Shown here one piece after another: positions 57,617 to 64,000 of a stretch of DNA of 64,000 nt. Source of the stretch: Heterodontus francisci. Taxonomy: Eukaryota. Below the pieces are notes generated by a model that saw only the letters and a program-made list of their open reading frames with translations, did no database searches and had not been told where the DNA came from. A program made the translations under genes and the position numbers. The stretch spans positions 248,001 to 312,000 of the forward strand of contig NW_027140800.1 of NCBI RefSeq assembly GCF_036365525.1. The letters are read 5' to 3'. The stretch's first letter is position 1, and each line of letters opens with the position of its first letter.

Positions 57617-58670
57617 AGTGTCGGACGAGATTCACTCAGCCATCCTACCTTCTGATACACCAGTGAGTTCACAATGGGGAGAGACCATGCAGCTGCACAG
57701 AGTGTGGGATGAGATTCACTCAGTCATCCTGCCTGCTGATGCACCAGTGAGTTCACACTTGGGAGAGACCGTTCACCTGTTCAGAGTGTGGGAAGGGATT
57801 CACTCAGTCATCCTACCTGCTGATACACCAGTGAGTTCACACAGGGGATATACCGTTCACCTGCTCAGAGTGTGGGATGAGATTGACTCAGTCATCCTAC
57901 CTGCTGATACGCCAGTGAGTTCACACTGGGGAGAGACCATTCAGCAGCTCAGAGTGTGGGATGTGATTCACTCAGTCATCCTACCTGCTGATACACCAGT
58001 GAGATCACACTGTGGAGAGACCGTTCACCTGCACAGTGTACGGGAAGAGTTTCACTCAGTCATCCTACCTGCTGATACACCAGTGAGTCAACACTGGGCA
58101 GAGATCATTCCCCTTTCGGAGTGTGGAGAAAGGATTTCCTCAGTCATCCTACCTGCTGATACACCAGTGAGTTCAAACTGGGGAGAGACCATTCACCTGC
58201 TCAGAGTCTGGTAGGAGATTCACTCAGACATCCTACCTGCTGAAACAAAAGTGAGTTCACAATGGGGAGAGACCATTCACCTGCTCAGAGTGTGGGAATT
58301 GATTCACTCAGTCATGCAACCTGCTGATACACCAGTGAGTTCTCAATGGGGAGAGACCGTTCACCTGCTCAGAGTGTGTGATGAGATTCACTCAGTCATG
58401 CTGCCTGCTGATACACCAGTGAGTTCACACTGGGGAGATACCATTCACCTGCTCAGACTCTGGTAGGAGATTCACTCAGTCATCCTACCTGCTTATACAA
58501 CAGTGAGTTGACAATGGGGAGAGACCATTCAGCTGCTCAGAGTGTGGGAGGTGATTCACTCAGTCATTCAACCTGCTGATATACCAGTGGGTTCACACTG
58601 GGGAGAGACCGTTCACCTGCTCAGTGTACGGGAAGAGGTTCACTCAGTCATCCTACCTGCTGATACATAA

Positions 58671-58838
<168 letters not shown>

Positions 58839-59532
58839 TGAGTTCACAATGGGGAGAGACCATTCACTTGATCAGAGAGTGGGAAGAGATTCACTCAGTC
58901 ATCCTAACTGCTGATACAACAGTGAGTTAACAATGGGGACAGACCGTTCACCTGCTCAGAGTGTGGGAAGTGATTCACTCAGTCATCCAACCTGCTAATA
59001 TACCAGTGAGTTCACACTGGGGAGAGACGTTTCACCTGTTCAGAGTGTGGGAAAGAGATTCACTCTGTCATCCTACCTGCTGATACACCAGTGAGTTAAC
59101 ACTGGGGAGAGACCGTTCACCTGCTCTGAGTGAGGACAGAGATTCACTCAGTAATCCTAACAGCTGATACACCAGTGAGTTATCAATGGGGAGAGACCGC
59201 TCACCTGTTCAGATTGTGGGATGTGATTCACTCAGTCATCCTACCTTCTGATACACCAGTGGGTTTTCACTGGGGAGAGACCATTAAACTGCTCAGAGTG
59301 TGGGATGAGATTCAGTCACTCATCCTGCCTGCTGATACAACAGTGAGTTCTCACTGGGGAGAGACCGTTCACCTGCTCAGAGTGTAGGAAGAGATTCACT
59401 CAGTCATCCTACCTTCTGATACACCAGTGAGTTCACACTGGGGAGAGACCATTCAGCTGCTCAGAGTGTGGGAGGTGATTCACTCAGTCATCTCGCCTGC
59501 TCATACACAAGTGAGTTCACACTTGGGAGTGA

Positions 59533-59679
<147 letters not shown>

Positions 59680-60813
59680 TGAGTTCACACTTGGGAGAGA
59701 CCATTCCCCTGCTCAGGGTGTTGGATGAGATTCACTCAGTCATCCTGCCTGCTGTTACACCAGTGAGTTCACACTGGGGAGAGACCATTCAGCAGCTCAG
59801 AGTGTGGGATGAGATTCACTCAGTCATCCTACCTTTTGATACACCAGTGAGTTCACACTGGGGAGAGAACATTCAGCTGCTCAGAGTGTAGGATGAGATT
59901 CACTCAGTCATCCTACCTGCTGATACACCAGTGAGTTCACACTGGGGAGAGACCATTCAGCAGCTCAGAGTGTGGGATGAGATTCACTCAGTCATCCTAC
60001 CTTTTGATACACCAGTGAGTTCACACTGGGGAGAGACCATTCAGCAGCTCAGAGTGTGGGATGAGATTCACTCAGTCATCCTGCCTGCTGATACACAAGT
60101 GAGTTCACACTGGGGAGATACCTTTCACCTTTTCAGAGTGTTGGAATAGATGCACTCAGTCATCCTACCTGCTGATACACCAGTGAGTTCAAAATGGGGA
60201 GAGACCATTCACCTGCTCAGAGTGTGGGATGAGATTCACTCAGTCATCCAAACTGCTGATACACCAGTGAGTTCACACTGGGGAGAGACATTAAACCTGC
60301 TCAGAGTGTGGGAAAGAGATTCACTCTGTCATCCTAACTGCTGATACAACAGTGAGTTAACAATGGGGAGAGACAGTTCACCTGCTCAGAGTGTGGGAAG
60401 TGATTCACTCAGTCATCCCACCTTTTGATACACCAGTGAGTTCACACTGGGGAGAGAACATTCAGCTGCTCAGAGTGTGGGATGAGATTTACTCAGTCAT
60501 CCTTCCAGCTGATACACCAGTGAGTTCACACTTGGGAGAGACCGTTCACCTGTTCAGAGTGTGGGAAGGGATTCACTCAGTCATATTAACTGCTGATACA
60601 CCAGTGAGTTCACACAAGTGAGATACCGTTCATCTTTTCAGAGTGTGGGATGAGATTCACTCAGTCATACTGCCTGCTGATACACAAGTGAGTTCACACT
60701 GGGGAGATACCTTTCACCTTTTCAGAGTGTCGGAAGAGATGCACTCAGTCATCCTACCTGCTGATAGACCAGTGAATTCACACTGGGGAGAGACCGTTCA
60801 CCTGCTCAGACTG

Positions 60814-64000
<3,187 letters not shown>

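Overview
Eukaryotic (vertebrate) DNA, probably from a cartilaginous fish (inferred from the style of the LINEs and the zinc-finger codons). About 90% of the window is a head-to-tail array of roughly 690 copies (length/84) of an 84-bp monomer. The consensus is CACACTGGGGAGAGACCGTTCACCTGCTCAGAGTGTGGGAAGAGATTCACTCAGTCATCCTACCTGCTGATACACCAGTGAGTT. This is exactly one Kruppel-type C2H2 zinc finger ([27 protein letters not shown]), but almost every copy has a TGA stop where the Arg of HQRVH belongs. It therefore behaves as a non-coding satellite derived from a zinc finger, with nested higher-order duplications offset by near-multiples of 84 bp. The array extends past both window edges. Two young, same-orientation CR1-clade LINEs interrupt it. 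The first is apparently full length (36134-40449; zinc-finger/coiled-coil plus SGNH-esterase ORF1 and APE-RT ORF2, each with one TAG nonsense codon). The second is a 5'-truncated copy of a different subfamily (about 42067-44101) with an open ORF2 remnant and an (ATTCTA)n tail. The many '[15 protein letters not shown]' ORFs in the track are the shifted frame of the satellite, not credible genes. No intact host gene is visible.
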